The translations under genes were made by a program, and so were the position numbers. Under the pieces are notes generated by a model, which was not told where the DNA came from, did not search any database, and worked only from the letters and a program-made list of their open reading frames with translations. This document shows, piece after piece, positions 24,531 through 36,640 of a stretch of DNA of 64,000 nucleotides. The stretch's first letter is position 1, and each line of letters starts with the position of its first letter. Location: contig NC_088805.1 of assembly GCF_011386835.1 (NCBI RefSeq), positions 27,094,001 to 27,158,000 of the forward strand. Direction: 5' to 3'. Source of the stretch: Chrysemys picta bellii. Taxonomy: Eukaryota.

Positions 24531-26420
24531 CTTGGCAAAACTGGTGCAATCAAAATGAGCTTGGCTTGGTCCTGCTTGATCTTGATGAGGACTTTTAAAG
24601 CAGTGGCGCTAGAGGATATGCATGCAATGAAGAAAGCAACTTCTAGAGATTGGGGATTGAGTCCCTGTTTAGAACAGAATTTCCTGCCCTTTGTGTTGGC
24701 TGCCATGGCTAAAAGGTTAACCTCTGGAAATCCCCAAGCTAGGAATAGGGGAGGGATAGCTCAGTGGTTTGAGCATTGGCTTGCTAAACCCAGGGTTGTG
24801 AGTTCAATCCTTGAGGGGGCCACTTAGGGATCTGGGGCAAAATCAGTACTTGGTCCTGCTAGTGAAGGCAGGGGGCTGGACTTGATGACCTTTCAAGGTC
24901 CCTTCCAGTTCTAGGAGATGGGATATCTCCATTAATTTAAATTTAATATTTTGCTGAGTATTCAAGAGGCCAAGTCCCATTCGTAATTTAGGGAGAAATG
25001 TCTGCTGAGGTTGTCTGTCCATGGTGTTTTGTAAACTCATGAGGTAAGAAGCTGAGCTGACTATTTGGCAGGCTATGAATAAATTCCAACACTTTATCGC
25101 TTCGGTAAGGAGCAAGGGTGAACATGCTCCACCATGATGAGTCATATAATAGATGCAAGTTATGTTGTCTGTCATGATCTTGATGGGCTTGTTTTTGAGT
25201 AGGGGAAGAAAGAGAAGACAAGCATTTCTGACTGCTCTTAACTCCAACAGATTGGTGTGCATGCGTTGTCCTGTTGTGAGTATTTGCCTTGGACTGTGTG
25301 AGGATTCAAATATGCTCCCCATCCCAAGAGGGAAGTGTCTGATGTTAACATGACCATAGGGGGATTGTGGCTGAATGGGACTCCTGCACAAACATTGGAA
25401 GGATTCTTCTACCAGGTGACTGCCTGAAGGACTCAGCTGGGTACAGACATCTGTTTGTTCAGATTGTGTTTGCTGGGTACACAACTGTCGTGAGCCACCC
25501 CTGAAGACATCAAAGATGCAACCTAGCATTTTGTGTCACAAAAACACAGGCTGCTATGTATCCCAGCAGTTGCAGACATGTCCTTGGCAGGCCTGAGCTG
25601 CATTCTTTGGATAAGGTTCTTTAGAACAAGGAACCTGTCAGGAGGGAGGTAAGTTCTGCCCTTTATCAAATCCAGAAACACTCCTATAAACAGTATTCGC
25701 TGTGTAGGAATCAAGATTGATTTCAAGATTTATCTATAGGCCTAGACTTCGAAATAGCGAAGTTGTTGTTTGAACAGCCAACCTCACCTCCTGATAAGAC
25801 TGACCTTTGAGGAGCCAGTCATTGAGGTAGAGAAAGACCGTTATTCCTAGATGACGGAGGTACGCAGCTACAACAGCCATGATTTTTGAGAACTCCCTAG
25901 GGGTGGAAGACAGGATGACGGGTAGGACCTGGTACTACTAATAATTGTGATCAAATGTGAAATGAAGAAATCTTTTGTGAGAGGGATGAATAGCTACATG
26001 GAAGTAGTCATATTTGAGGTCAAGGATCTCAAACCAGTCCCTGGATTTCAGGGAGGGAATTATACCTGGTAGGGACACCATCCTGAATTTCAGATGTATT
26101 AAGATGCTTGTTCAATTGTCTGAGATCTAGTACTGGCCTCCAATTCCCATTTTTATTGGGTATCAGAAAATATCTTGAGTAGAACCCTTTTCCCCTGGAT
26201 GAAATAGAACTGGTACTCTGGTCCCTAGTCTTAGGAATGATGAGATCTCCTGTGTCAGTAGATGATTGTGAGAGATATGGGTACTTAAAGAGGGATGGGG
26301 AAAAGGGATGGAGGTAAATCAGATATTATAACCTGATATAATGGACTCTAGTACCCATTTCGCTGATGTTACAGCCTCCCATGTTTGATGGAATAGAGAG
26401 AGATGATGCCTAAATTGAGC
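24370..26420 (-). pseudogene. DIRS RT / RNase H / methyltransferase-like ORF remnant
   Basis: GKGFYSRYFLIPNKNGNWRPVLDLR (about 26120-26200); YLND (degenerate YLDD) at 25818-25829; HTNLLELRAVRNAC..IKIMTDN RNase H block; WGFPEVNLLA..FCS and LILIAP....W block; split by a SINE. Confidence 0.85.
24748..24948 (+). mobile_element. Tortoise-type tRNA-derived SINE with CR1-like tail, nested in DIRS
   Basis: A box (tagctcagtgg) and B box (gagttcaatcc) head; tail ggactTgatgacctttcaaggtcccttccagttct shared with CR1 3' ends; putative short TSD aata; removal restores the DIRS reading QNI|FLAWGFP. Confidence 0.88.
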
Positions 26421-26489
26421 AAGGAGAGGCTGTGCCATGCAGCTGAGAAAATTCTGGTTATTGTGTGGTTTGGACTCTTGACCAAACCA

Positions 26490-28670
26490 TCAAAACTGGT
26501 GTTTGGATGATGTTGATGGCTTGGATGATGCAGTCACGGTACTTGCAGGCTTCTTTTTAGAAAACTTTAACTTCTTAGCTGGTGGTTCTGGTGGCCTATG
26601 TAAGGCTGAAAATTGAGCAAGATGGGATCTTGGCACCAACTGGGACCTGCTACATTTTCTCTTAATTGTAGGTGTGTATATCCCTAAAGACCTAAGTGTT
26701 GCCCTGGGATCCTTTAGTGTATGAAGCGAGTTGTTTGTGTTATCTACAAAGAGCTTGTGACCCTCTACATGTAAATCTTTCATAGTTGATTGTACTTCCC
26801 GGAGCAACCAGACAACTGAAGCCAGGAAGCTCATTTCATTACTACTGTGGTGGAAATAGACCTAGCTGCAGTGTTCACTGCACCAAGTGAATCCTGCAGA
26901 GATGTCTTTGCCAAGAGCTGACCTTCCTTTATGATGTTGCTAAACTGTTCCCAGTGTTCCTGTGGCAAATGGTCAATAAAAGCATTAAACTTCTCATAGT
27001 TCAGGTAGTCATATTTTGACGTTAGTGCCTGGTAATTGACTCTCCTGAACTATAACATTGCCAACAAGTAGATTTTACATCCCAAAAGGTCCAGACATTT
27101 CTGGTCCTTACATGGGGTAGCTTTTTGGGCGTGTTGCCTGCTCCTTTCATTCACTGCATACATGACCAGAAAATTTGGTTCTAGGTGAGAAAATAAAAAT
27201 TCAGAATCCCTGTCCAGGATGTAGTATTTTTTATTGTCCTGCTTGCGAGGGATGGTGGGGGCATTTCTGGAGTTTGCCAGATGGTCTTGGCTGGCTCAAG
27301 AAGGCCTTAATTAATTGGCAATCTGTCCAGGAGCTTGTGATGGGAATTCTGGACTTTTTTCAGGGGAATTTGCAGGGTGTCGGCAACCAACTTCATCAGG
27401 TTCTGGAATTGCCAAAAGTCATCAGTTAATGATGGTAGTGGTGGCATTAGTGCCTCAACAGATGGTGACGAAGATATACTTGTAAGCAAAGGTAACCTCC
27501 TTGTCTGATCTTGCTCCTCAAAAGTCTCCCCTGCTGACTGAGAGTGGAGGGGAGGGATGGACGGTACTGAGGCCTTCTAAGTTCCTTATGGGACTGAATC
27601 GGGGCCCCTCAAAATTGGTGGTGGTATACTGCCCATGGATCCCAGTAAAGCCAATGAGGAAGACTATAAAGCATGTGGGGAGGTATTCTTTGTTGGTTGT
27701 CCCAAGTGTTAATAGGCAGGTGTCTGGTATCCTGCCTTTCTTGCAAGTGCATCGGGGAACATCTCCTGGAGTATATTAGAGAGCCTTCAATAGAAAGTTC
27801 CAAATCTGAGTCAGAATGCTCCTCCACATATTGTACCAGAGGTGACAATCCTTCTTCATGGATATTATAAGTTGGGGAGGAGGTAGGTCTTGCAAAAACA
27901 TGAGCAGTCGGTGACCAGGCAGACCTTGGCACCGAGAGGTGTCTGGAGGTCACAAGGAGTGGTGACTCAGACTCATTTGGTACCAAGAGGTCTTTAGTGT
28001 AGTGGAACTCCTGAGGTACCAGGAGCACATCAGAACTTGGTACAGGCACTGATGATGTTCCCGATGCTGTTGTCCGAAGCGCTGTACTCAGGGTATTATG
28101 GATTCCACTAAAGCCATTCTCTTGGCAACAGAAGTCTTTGGTACTGAGCCCCTTTACCCATGCGGAATGGGACTTAATTGAAGTCTTAGAGCGCTTTATG
28201 GTACCTGAAGAGCTCGGAGCCTCACTAACACCTCTCTTGGGGTCTGAGGTCTCTGGTGACAGAATCTTCTTTGAGGAGTAACTCTCTGTCCTGCTCCTCT
28301 GATCCTCTCCTTAATCTTTGAGTGGGAAGCTCTTGGTACAGTTATTGGTACCTCACTCATGGAGAGTGTTGGAAACCAGGTTCTCAACACTGCCTTCACT
28401 TTGGAAGCTCTCAGTGATCATGATCTTTACATCAATTGGGCATTAACAGAAGGGGAGGGACTCTGTACAACAGGGGGCTCTCCGCACCTGGGTCTACAGC
28501 TGATCTTAAGGCTTGCTCCATCACTAAGAGTCTATACTTTATCTCCCTGTTTTTACAGGCTCTTCCCTTAAAAGAAGTGCTGGGGATATGAGTCTCCGAA
28601 ACAATGTATGTACTGGGAATGCCCATCAGCCATCACCAAGGGGGACAGCTTCTTGAAACAAGAAGCATCC
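26490..28670 (-). pseudogene. DIRS ORF1 (Gag-like) remnant
   Basis: N-terminal ..DGHSQYIHCFGETHIP..FKGRACKNREIK.RLL.MEQAL; C-terminal DLHVEGHKLFVDNTNNSLHTLKDPRATLRSLGIYTP, typical of vertebrate DIRS ORF1. Confidence 0.7.
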
Positions 28671-29394
28671 CAGACAGAAGAAAAATTTGTTTGGACCCCC
28701 CCCCCCCAATAGGGGAAAAATTAAAACAATTATTCAGACACATTTTTAAGAAAAGAAAAGCACGAACAACCATGCCAACAACTATAAGGTTACTAACTAA
28801 ATATACTACTGTACTAAAGAACTAATTACTAATGCAAAACACAAATAGGCACACATTAAACTCCCAACTCTGGCTGAAGGTGGTTGAGAAGGTTTGCCCA
28901 TGCAGCCCTATATAGCCTCAATATGGGCCATGACAATATGTAGGGCGCATGTGCGGGTCAAACTGGCACTGCTTCCACAAATTTATGATCAAAGTCGCAG
29001 GGCGCATGCTCACCTGAAGTGAAGCACCCACAGGGACATTACTCAAAGAAGAATCTATGTTATTGAAACATTAAGCTTGCACAAGTAAGCATTCAGTTGT
29101 TAGAAAGTGCAAAAGTTAAGGTTGATTGAGAAACCTAACTCTGTCCCCACTGAACATATACATCACAATACAGTCTGCAAGCCTGATTCACCACTTCATT
29201 ACTCAAGTTTAGCCTTAGATTCACACTGGCGTAAAGATGGAGTTACACACTGGTGAATCAGGCAATATAAATTTATGAGCACATCATCTTAGATCCCAAG
29301 GTGTATTTAAGGTTGGCTAGACAAGTGGTGAGCTGAGATCTCTGCTTAATGTACAATAACTTCTGCCTAATCCTCTCCTTCCCCCACATTTGTT

Positions 29395-29550
29395 TGCCTT
29401 GTCCACTAGTCCTGTCTTGGCATAATTTAGACTGCAAGTTCCTTGGGGTCAAGATCATCTTTTCAATGTGTGTTTGTACAGTGCTAACACAATGGGACCC
29501 CAGTTCTGGATCGGGGTTCTTAGGCACTACTGCAATACTAATAATAAATA
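29395..29550 (+). mobile_element. L2-like LINE 3' end fragment
   Basis: ttagactgcaagttccttgggg..tgtacagtgctaacacaatggg..aataataaataa. Confidence 0.55.
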
Positions 29551-30340
29551 AAAAGAATAAAATTGTAGAAAAATTGTATTATATTGTGATTCATGATTGA
29601 GAAATAGTGTGTGTTCCCTTGGGTCTGCATCCAAACGTGTTTTCTGTAAAACAGGAAGTATATTAAAAAAAAAAAAAAGGGAGCAGGCACTTTTTCCAAA
29701 ATAGCAGTGGCTCCTAAAACGAAGACTTAAGAAGACGTGAAAAGCAAAATAAAAGAGCATATCTGAACACGGGCAACACATCTTATGTACAAAGATTCTC
29801 CTCTTCTCTTCAGCTTTTCCATCTTGGGCCACATCCCTTGCTCCATGCTATGACCCAGCCATGCAACCTGAATATTTTGTCACCAAATGTCTTTCTGGTA
29901 CTTGAAACAAAGCACCCTGATTTACAGTATTACAGGACTGTATAATTCCTAGATACAAACAAATTGTTCCTGTCAGATGTTGCCACAACATGAAGTTTCT
30001 TTCATTTACTGTATAGTACATAGATATGCAGTATTTTCCTGGAGATAAGACGGAGTGTTTGTGGATATTGCTTTTGTGAAAAATTGCTGCGGAGTAATTA
30101 ATCATTTCTTTCTGAATAGTGGGGATGTCATGAAGCACAGATTGCCTGCTTCCAAATTTTATTTAAAAAAGCTGTCAGACTCTGAACAAGCTGGACCCTG
30201 GGGCTAAAGAGCTGGTGGTGGTGAGAAATCCAATCCAGTGGTTTTGTTATTACTACTACTACTGATATAGCACCATAGATACGTCTAGTGCTTTACAAGA
30301 CAGGAAAGAGCTGACAGCCTAAAGCCTTGATCTTGCAGAC

Positions 30341-31072
30341 TGTGACGGGGCAGAGCGACTCCACACTGGTACAGCAGGGGTTAACCCTTCCTTCCTAGCA
30401 GAGGAAGCCACACCCCGGAAGCTCTGCTGGGCATGCTCCAACTAGAGAACAGATATAAAAGCCTGCAGATCAGCTCAGTTTGGGCTGACCGCCGGAGGAG
30501 AAGGACGCACACCACTAGCTCCTGCAGAAGGAGGGCCTGCGAGCCAGGATCTGGGAGTCAGTCAAGCCGAGGCACTACCTGAGACCCCGACAGAGGACCC
30601 CCCGCCGCAGATGAACTGGTATTCACGGAAGGAAGTGACCCCGGGGAACTCTAGAGACAAACAGCGTTAGCACCGCATTGACACTCGGCGTGTTGCGGGC
30701 GGATCCCCGCCGAGCGAGGGGCAAGGAGAGCTTGCCACTACCAGGGCCCTGGGTTGGGGCTCGTTGGAGAGGGCAGGCCCGAGTCCCCTTACCCCCTCAC
30801 CACCGAACTGTGAGGGATCTTATATGGACTCTGGCCGCTAGGCTGCGCTACCCTGCTCGTAAGGGGGTGTATATGGACTCTGGCCACTAGGCCGCACTAC
30901 CCCACTCGTAGGGGGTTTATATGGACTCTGGCCACTAGGCCGTGTTACCCTGCCTGTAAGGGGGTTTATATAGACTCTGACCGCTGGGTCATGCTACCGC
31001 GCCACATAGGGATGATAGTAGGGAGAAAGGCCAAGAGGCCATCACTGACCGCCCACAGAGAGGCGGACGTTA
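30341..31072 (+). mobile_element. Probable solo LTR (Gypsy/ERV type)
   Basis: Abrupt CpG-rich block starting TGTGAC; TATAAAA at 30454-30460; internal tandem repeat; terminal CA and TSD not cleanly resolved (agac/ggac flanks). Confidence 0.6.
30821..30998 (+). repeat. 48-49-bp tandem repeat, about 3.6 copies, within the LTR
   Basis: Units start TATAT(G/A)GACTCTG at 30821, 30870, 30918, 30967. Confidence 0.9.
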
Positions 31073-31543
31073 GGACTTAGAGTGGTGAGGCGCCGGCACC
31101 CCATCCTACCCCTGCCAGAAAGAGGTGCTGGGGTACATGGTCTGCCACACAGACTTTCTTAGGTCTTGCTAACATGAGTATTCTACTGGAGTCAACTGAA
31201 CCATTCACGGTACTAAACACTACCATGGATAGGAAGTTCCTGTTGTTGCCTCCACCTGTTTTCAGCATAATTTAGGGAGGAGGTAGGCAAAGGGCAAGTG
31301 GGAAGGCGGTATGAACAAGCAAGATGCACTAGAGTAACGTGTCCCTCTTGCGGATTAAACGGTTATTTTATTACTTATGAAAGAGTATAAACATGCACAA
31401 GTGCACACGTGCACATACACACTAAAAGTATGTGTGCGCACAAGGCTCCTTTGAAGGAAAAGTGATATTTGGTGAGGGAGTTAATGGAGGAGCCATGGCT
31501 GACGGGATCTGTACGGGAGTTCCCCACACAGAGTAGTATATAA

Positions 31544-31746
31544 GGGCTTGTCTACACTGGCACTTTACAGCGCTGAAACTTTCTCACTCAGGGGTGTGAA
31601 AAAACACACCCCTGAGCGTAGCAAGTTTCAGCGCTGTAAAGCACCAGTGTAGACCGTGGACCAGCGCTGGGAGCTGCACTCCCACCACTGGTATCTACTC
31701 CCCTTGTGGAGGTGGGTTTTTTAGCGTTGCCAGTGTAGACTAGCCC
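31544..31746. mobile_element. PIF/Harbinger-type MITE
   Basis: TIRs gggcttgtctacactgg / ccagtgtagactagccc; flanks taa/ttt; internal hairpin ctttacagcgctgaaactt..aagtttcagcgctgtaaag. Confidence 0.8.
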
Positions 31747-32820
31747 TTTCTTAAGAAGGCAAGATGTTGGCATGGGAAAAGATCACTCCAGATGAGCAGT
31801 ATGGGCTAAGCAAAGAACATATGCAGGAGAGTGAAAAGAAACAAGAGGTAAGAAGGTGGATTCAAGCTAAGGCCGGCTTTGTCTTACTGATTCTGCCTCC
31901 CTCTGCTCCCTCAATATGGGCGACAGTTTTTTCCACATGAGAGGAAGTGTTATATCGGGAAAGTCAATTTGGCATGGCAACAAGCCTGTTGCCCAGCTAC
32001 AGCAGCCTGATTCCTCACAAACCTTCTAAGAAGAAAAAGCTTCTTTGATGTGTGCAGCTTCAAATAAAGCTTTGCCTGAGCCAAACTGAAAGTAGAGTCA
32101 AAATGTGTGTTACAGATAAACTTCAAGTGGGTCTGGGAGAATAGGGGAAAAAGTAAAATGTATCTGGATAATGAACAAATGGTACTAAATCATGTTTCAT
32201 GTCCATGGCTGATCATTTCACTCTATGATGATGTGTCCTAAAGAGAATAAAATGTAAGTTGGTGGATTTTTTTTTTATTGTACATCCCTTAGCAAAGTGC
32301 ACTACATGACTTATCTCTGAATTCTGATTCCTTGTGACTGAACCATGATTATTAGCAAGACCCAACACCATTATTTATTATCATTCCAACAATGAGATGG
32401 ACTCAGCCTTTTAGTGTCACAAGTCAAAATAATGTCAGAGAGATACCAACAACTGTAGTTCACATTATATGAATATTTATACGTGATTTGGGTAAAACAT
32501 TAACAGCCTGAAAATAGCTGCAAAGCAAATGTTTAAAAAGCTTTGTTGTAGTATAAACTATGGAAAATATTGTTATTTATCTGATTGAGTGAAGTTAAAA
32601 GAAAAGTCTTAAAACAGTCTTTGGTATCAAATTCTAAATTATACTTTGCAAGAAAGTAGAGACCTAATTTAGTTACATTGTCATATTCTTTGATGTGAAC
32701 ATTCCATAAAATGTTGGTAAACTACTCTAGTAACTGTTACCAAATTGTAAAGTTCAACTGGAAATGCTCCATCTTTTACCTTCTCTCATCCTCCCCAACC
32801 CCACTGCTACCTCAGCTCAC

Positions 32821-32967
32821 CTCATCACCTTTCAAAACTTCTGTGCCATCCAACTCACGGGCCTGGGTTGCTTTTTGTAACATTTGCCTCTCCATGTTTG
32901 ACATCTCCTCCTTGGCAGCCTGAAGCTCTTCTGCCTTGGCTTCTTTCTTCCAAGAAATGATGGATGC
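32821..32967 (-). CDS. IFT81: IFT81 exon 11
   Basis: Acceptor aatcccacag, donor gtgagc; [49 protein letters not shown]; 147 nt. Confidence 0.95.
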
Positions 32968-34616
32968 CTGTGGGATTATCAGATGTCAACTTGGATGAGC
33001 AAAGTAAAGTGCACCTGGTCACCCATGGTTAACCATCAATAAAATCTAACACTTAAATTTTAAAATTCAGGTGGGGTAACATTGAGACTGCAGAGAAAAT
33101 AGTAGGGAGGAAATTTACTATTAAGGAGAAAAATTTGTTGTTAACGTGCCCCTTTGTAGCTATACTGGAAGTAAATAATAACAATAGTAATGGATTCAAT
33201 CCTGAATCCATTTTGGTCAATGGCAAAATTCTCATTGACTTCACTGGATCCAGGATTTCACCCAGAGCACTTACGTTCCAGATTCACATTAAACATTTAT
33301 ATTCCAGATTCATGTTAATATTTTTACATGTAGCTTTAATTTTTGTAACTGAATTTTTAATTTTCATTAAAGAAAAAGAGGTGTAGATTACTGTTGCTCA
33401 GTTTAATTTGTTTAGTCTTTTTTGTGCATATATAAGATGCACTAACCAGGCTTAACTGGAAAGGTATCCAAGATTTTAAAATGTCATAATATGGATTTTT
33501 ATAACTCCAACCTACAGAAATATGTAGCTTGTAACTAGCAACAGAACGGAGCCATTAAATCTCTGCAACCTAGAAAAAGACAACGAGGAAAGGAATAAAG
33601 GATTACAGATTATTTCACCCCTTTGAGCCTCACAGAGGTAGATTGGTTTTTAAATGAAATTTTCACACCATGTATACTATATAGTATTTTTAGTGTTGCC
33701 TAACATTTCATGGAAAAATCAATGTGTTTAAGAACATAGGTGTAAAGTAGATCAGAAAAATAAAGCATTTTTATATCAGAAATTTTTTTTCAAGAATCAA
33801 AACACTAAAGTTATAACGTGCAACCTAGTGTTTTCGGCATATTAAAATAAAATATAGCCACAATGTAGGTATCTTCAATGCTAGCTTCTCCTCACTGTAC
33901 TAAAGGAACATCTTTTTTGCTAAATATATATCAGAGGTGATTCTGCCTACACGACATCTCAGCTCTTAGCTTCTTAAGATTATCCACAGAGACAAACTGT
34001 GGTGAATACATGTGATGATTTTGTAAAGTTGACTATACTCATTGTGGAACTGAGCAGAGAATTTCACTCAAGCTGAATTCCTGGAATGTTTCCTCCGTAG
34101 AACATCAGAGCTTTATATTAGGAGCCAGATGGCTTTTTGTACAATACATTATGTAGCATGTTTATCTTGGGCAACAAAACACATCTTTACAAAACAAAGA
34201 CAACATACTTCAGATCACATTTGCATCTAAAAATAATACACATTCTACCACTAAATTACAATTTTTATGCAATAACTTTGAAAAATATTTTTCCATAACT
34301 GTAGAAACTGTCATGAACAATGCCAGTAAAATTCAAAGTCACACAGGTCATTGGGAAATAAATCTAATATTTTACTATATAAGCCCTAGAAATGGTCAGT
34401 TTTCATAAATTTTGATCTATAATGTGTGGATTTATCGTGTCTTGACCAAGAGCATTTGTTCTTTGCTTTCTTTTCACTTTAAGTCTGTAACATACGTTCT
34501 GAAATAGAGACAATTGGGAAAATGCTATGATACATGGTCACACACAAGAAATGGGATGTGACTGGTGGTAAGAACTGCAGTGATTGCTGAATAAGGATCT
34601 AGGCTTTTCTCTTTTA

Positions 34617-34730
34617 GGAATTGTCTACACTTGGAAGTTTACCAATATAGCTGTTCTGGAATAAGTCCTAGTGTGAATTTTCTTATTCTAGAGGAGCTAT
34701 TTCAGTAAATTTCCAAGTGTAGACTAGCAA
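34617..34730. mobile_element. Short palindromic MITE (GTCTACAC family)
   Basis: tgtctacacttggaagtttac / gtaaatttccaagtgtagact arms. Confidence 0.65.
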
Positions 34731-35132
34731 CTCAGTATTGAGTATGCAACATATAGGCCAATCCTGGAACATGCCCCAACTACCACTAGCTTCTATAGGA
34801 GCTGAGGGCACCTTTCAGATGTTAGGCCTAGAATACAGACTCTCTATTGTATCTAACACACAAATCCTACGGGCCTGATCCTGTAATTGCTTATTATCAG
34901 GCTTAGTCCCACTGCAGTCAATAGGACTATGCCCAGCAGTAAGCGGTTGAAGGATTTATATAACATAAATATAGTTGTGTTCAACTGTTATTTATTTATT
35001 CTTCATGTCTTTCTGTTTAATTTAGTTTTTCAGAAACAAGTAAAGAAAAAAAGACAACACAAGACTGTAGATAACAGTCAGTCAATTTAACAGGATTTTG
35101 CTGCTTACAATAAAGCTTTTGTTCCTTCTTAC

Positions 35133-35228
35133 CTGTTGTCGATACATGGAAAATTTACTATCAATTGGCTCATATTTCATCATTCTCTTTTCAATCAATT
35201 GATTAATTTGAGCATTGACTTCATTTAT
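35133..35228 (-). CDS. IFT81: IFT81 exon 10
   Basis: Acceptor tctttatttcag, donor gtaaga; [32 protein letters not shown]; 96 nt. Confidence 0.96.
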
Positions 35229-35329
35229 CTGAAATAAAGAGTGGAAGATCAAGAAAATGCCATATTTCTTACTAAATAAACATTAGCAGTTAGGGAAAAC
35301 AGAATATTAATACTTTGTCCTCTCTCTAA

Positions 35330-35530
35330 GGATATCAAAATGCTTTGCAAGTTAATGAATTTAGCCTCACAACACACTTTTAAGGAAGTATTATCAGACT
35401 CATGTTAAAGATGGAGAAACAGACACAAAAGAGTTAAGTGACTTGCCAAGATTACACAGTAAATCTGATGCAAAGCCAGAAATACAGCCCATGTCTTCAG
35501 ACTCCCAGTCCTGTGCCTCAACAACAAGAT
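35330..35530 (-). mobile_element. MIR-like SINE
   Basis: agatggagaaacagacacaaaagagttaagtgacttgccaagattacacag..gactcccagtcctgtgcc. Confidence 0.65.
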
Positions 35531-36294
35531 CAACCTGTGTTAGGGAGTCCCTCCAAACTAAGGCCTTGATCCTGCAAAAGGAACTGGGTTGATGGACTCT
35601 TGCAGAGAAAAGGGATGATGTTACCATTGCTTTGTGTGCCCTGATTATATCAATGACCAGCTATAATTCTTCTTTAATAAGCCATTTATCACTAGTCTGA
35701 AGAGGGGATAGATTCAAATTAAATGGTGCCCAGTTCCACTATAATTCTGAAGATCCCAGGACCCACTTACCCCAACAGCACAGTATGTTCCTTCTACTCC
35801 TCCAAGACGGGCTCATTTTGCTTCTTCTCCCAAAACCTTGATTTTCCTCGTCTGTGAGCCCACCTTAGCTGGCAGCCAGTCAACAGGAGCTATGATAATA
35901 TACTGATACCTGATACTCTAACTCTGACTACATTGGGTGTTCCCTCTAACCATGGAGCCCAGAGCCCAGGCATCCTGCCTTAATTCTCTGCTGCCTAGGA
36001 AGATATGTGCTAATAAGCAAATCCTGTAAAAGTGTGCTGCAATCAGAGGGAACTCTAAAAGTAACACAGGCACAGTACTGGTCACTACCCTAGCAATTCT
36101 GCGGGCAACAGATGTGTACTTTGAAGACCAAATATGTCAAGACGATTGCTTAATAATGGTGTAGAGAGACTTCCAAATACTGAGACTCCTGAACTCTTCC
36201 TCCTCTATGTGGGATTCTCTTTTTTTATTTCTAAAGGCATTAACTCTCTGTTGGAATGGGTGTGAATTCAAAGAGGGTATGAATTCCGTTATAT

Positions 36295-36640
36295 CAGTGA
36301 TTCCCAACTTTTTAATGCCATGACCCCCTTTGGGCTAATCTCAGTTAATGTAATCCCCAGACTGGGCCCAGGGGTTGAGAGTGATCTACCCCGTGAGGGA
36401 TGCCCCCAGAAATTCCTCTCATGGTATGCTGGGCTAGGGGGAAGACGGCCAGGTCCTGCCCTTGGGGGTGAGGTGTTGGAATGGCTGGCTGGGCTGAAAG
36501 AGGCGTTAAGTGTGCGAAAGGGACTTTTTGGGGTGGGAGGGAGAGGGGATGGGGATGAAGGAGGCGTCTTGGTGAGATGGGGGGAGTGAAGATGAAGTTT
36601 GGGGGAAAGGGGGGGAGTCTAAATCGGGTAGCTGCCCGGC
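36295..36640. mobile_element. Probable hAT-type MITE fragment with G-rich interior
   Basis: Begins cagtgattcccaacttt (hAT-MITE-like end); the opposite TIR was not found. Confidence 0.4.

Larger units (their letters stand above)
23029..29053 (-). mobile_element. DIRS1-type tyrosine-recombinase retrotransposon, near full length, inactivated
   Basis: Diverged inverted terminal repeats (about 23050-23240 vs 28870-29053); ICR 23299-23371; minus-strand remnants of Gag-like ORF1, RT, RNase H, methyltransferase-like domain and tyrosine recombinase, all with stops or frameshifts. Confidence 0.92.

Noticed and set aside
24748-24825. tRNA gene
   Set aside because: It is a SINE head: no clean cloverleaf or acceptor stem, and it runs directly into a CR1-like tail.
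30821-30998. CRISPR-like array
   Set aside because: Contiguous tandem units with no unique spacers, in a eukaryotic LTR context, with no cas genes.
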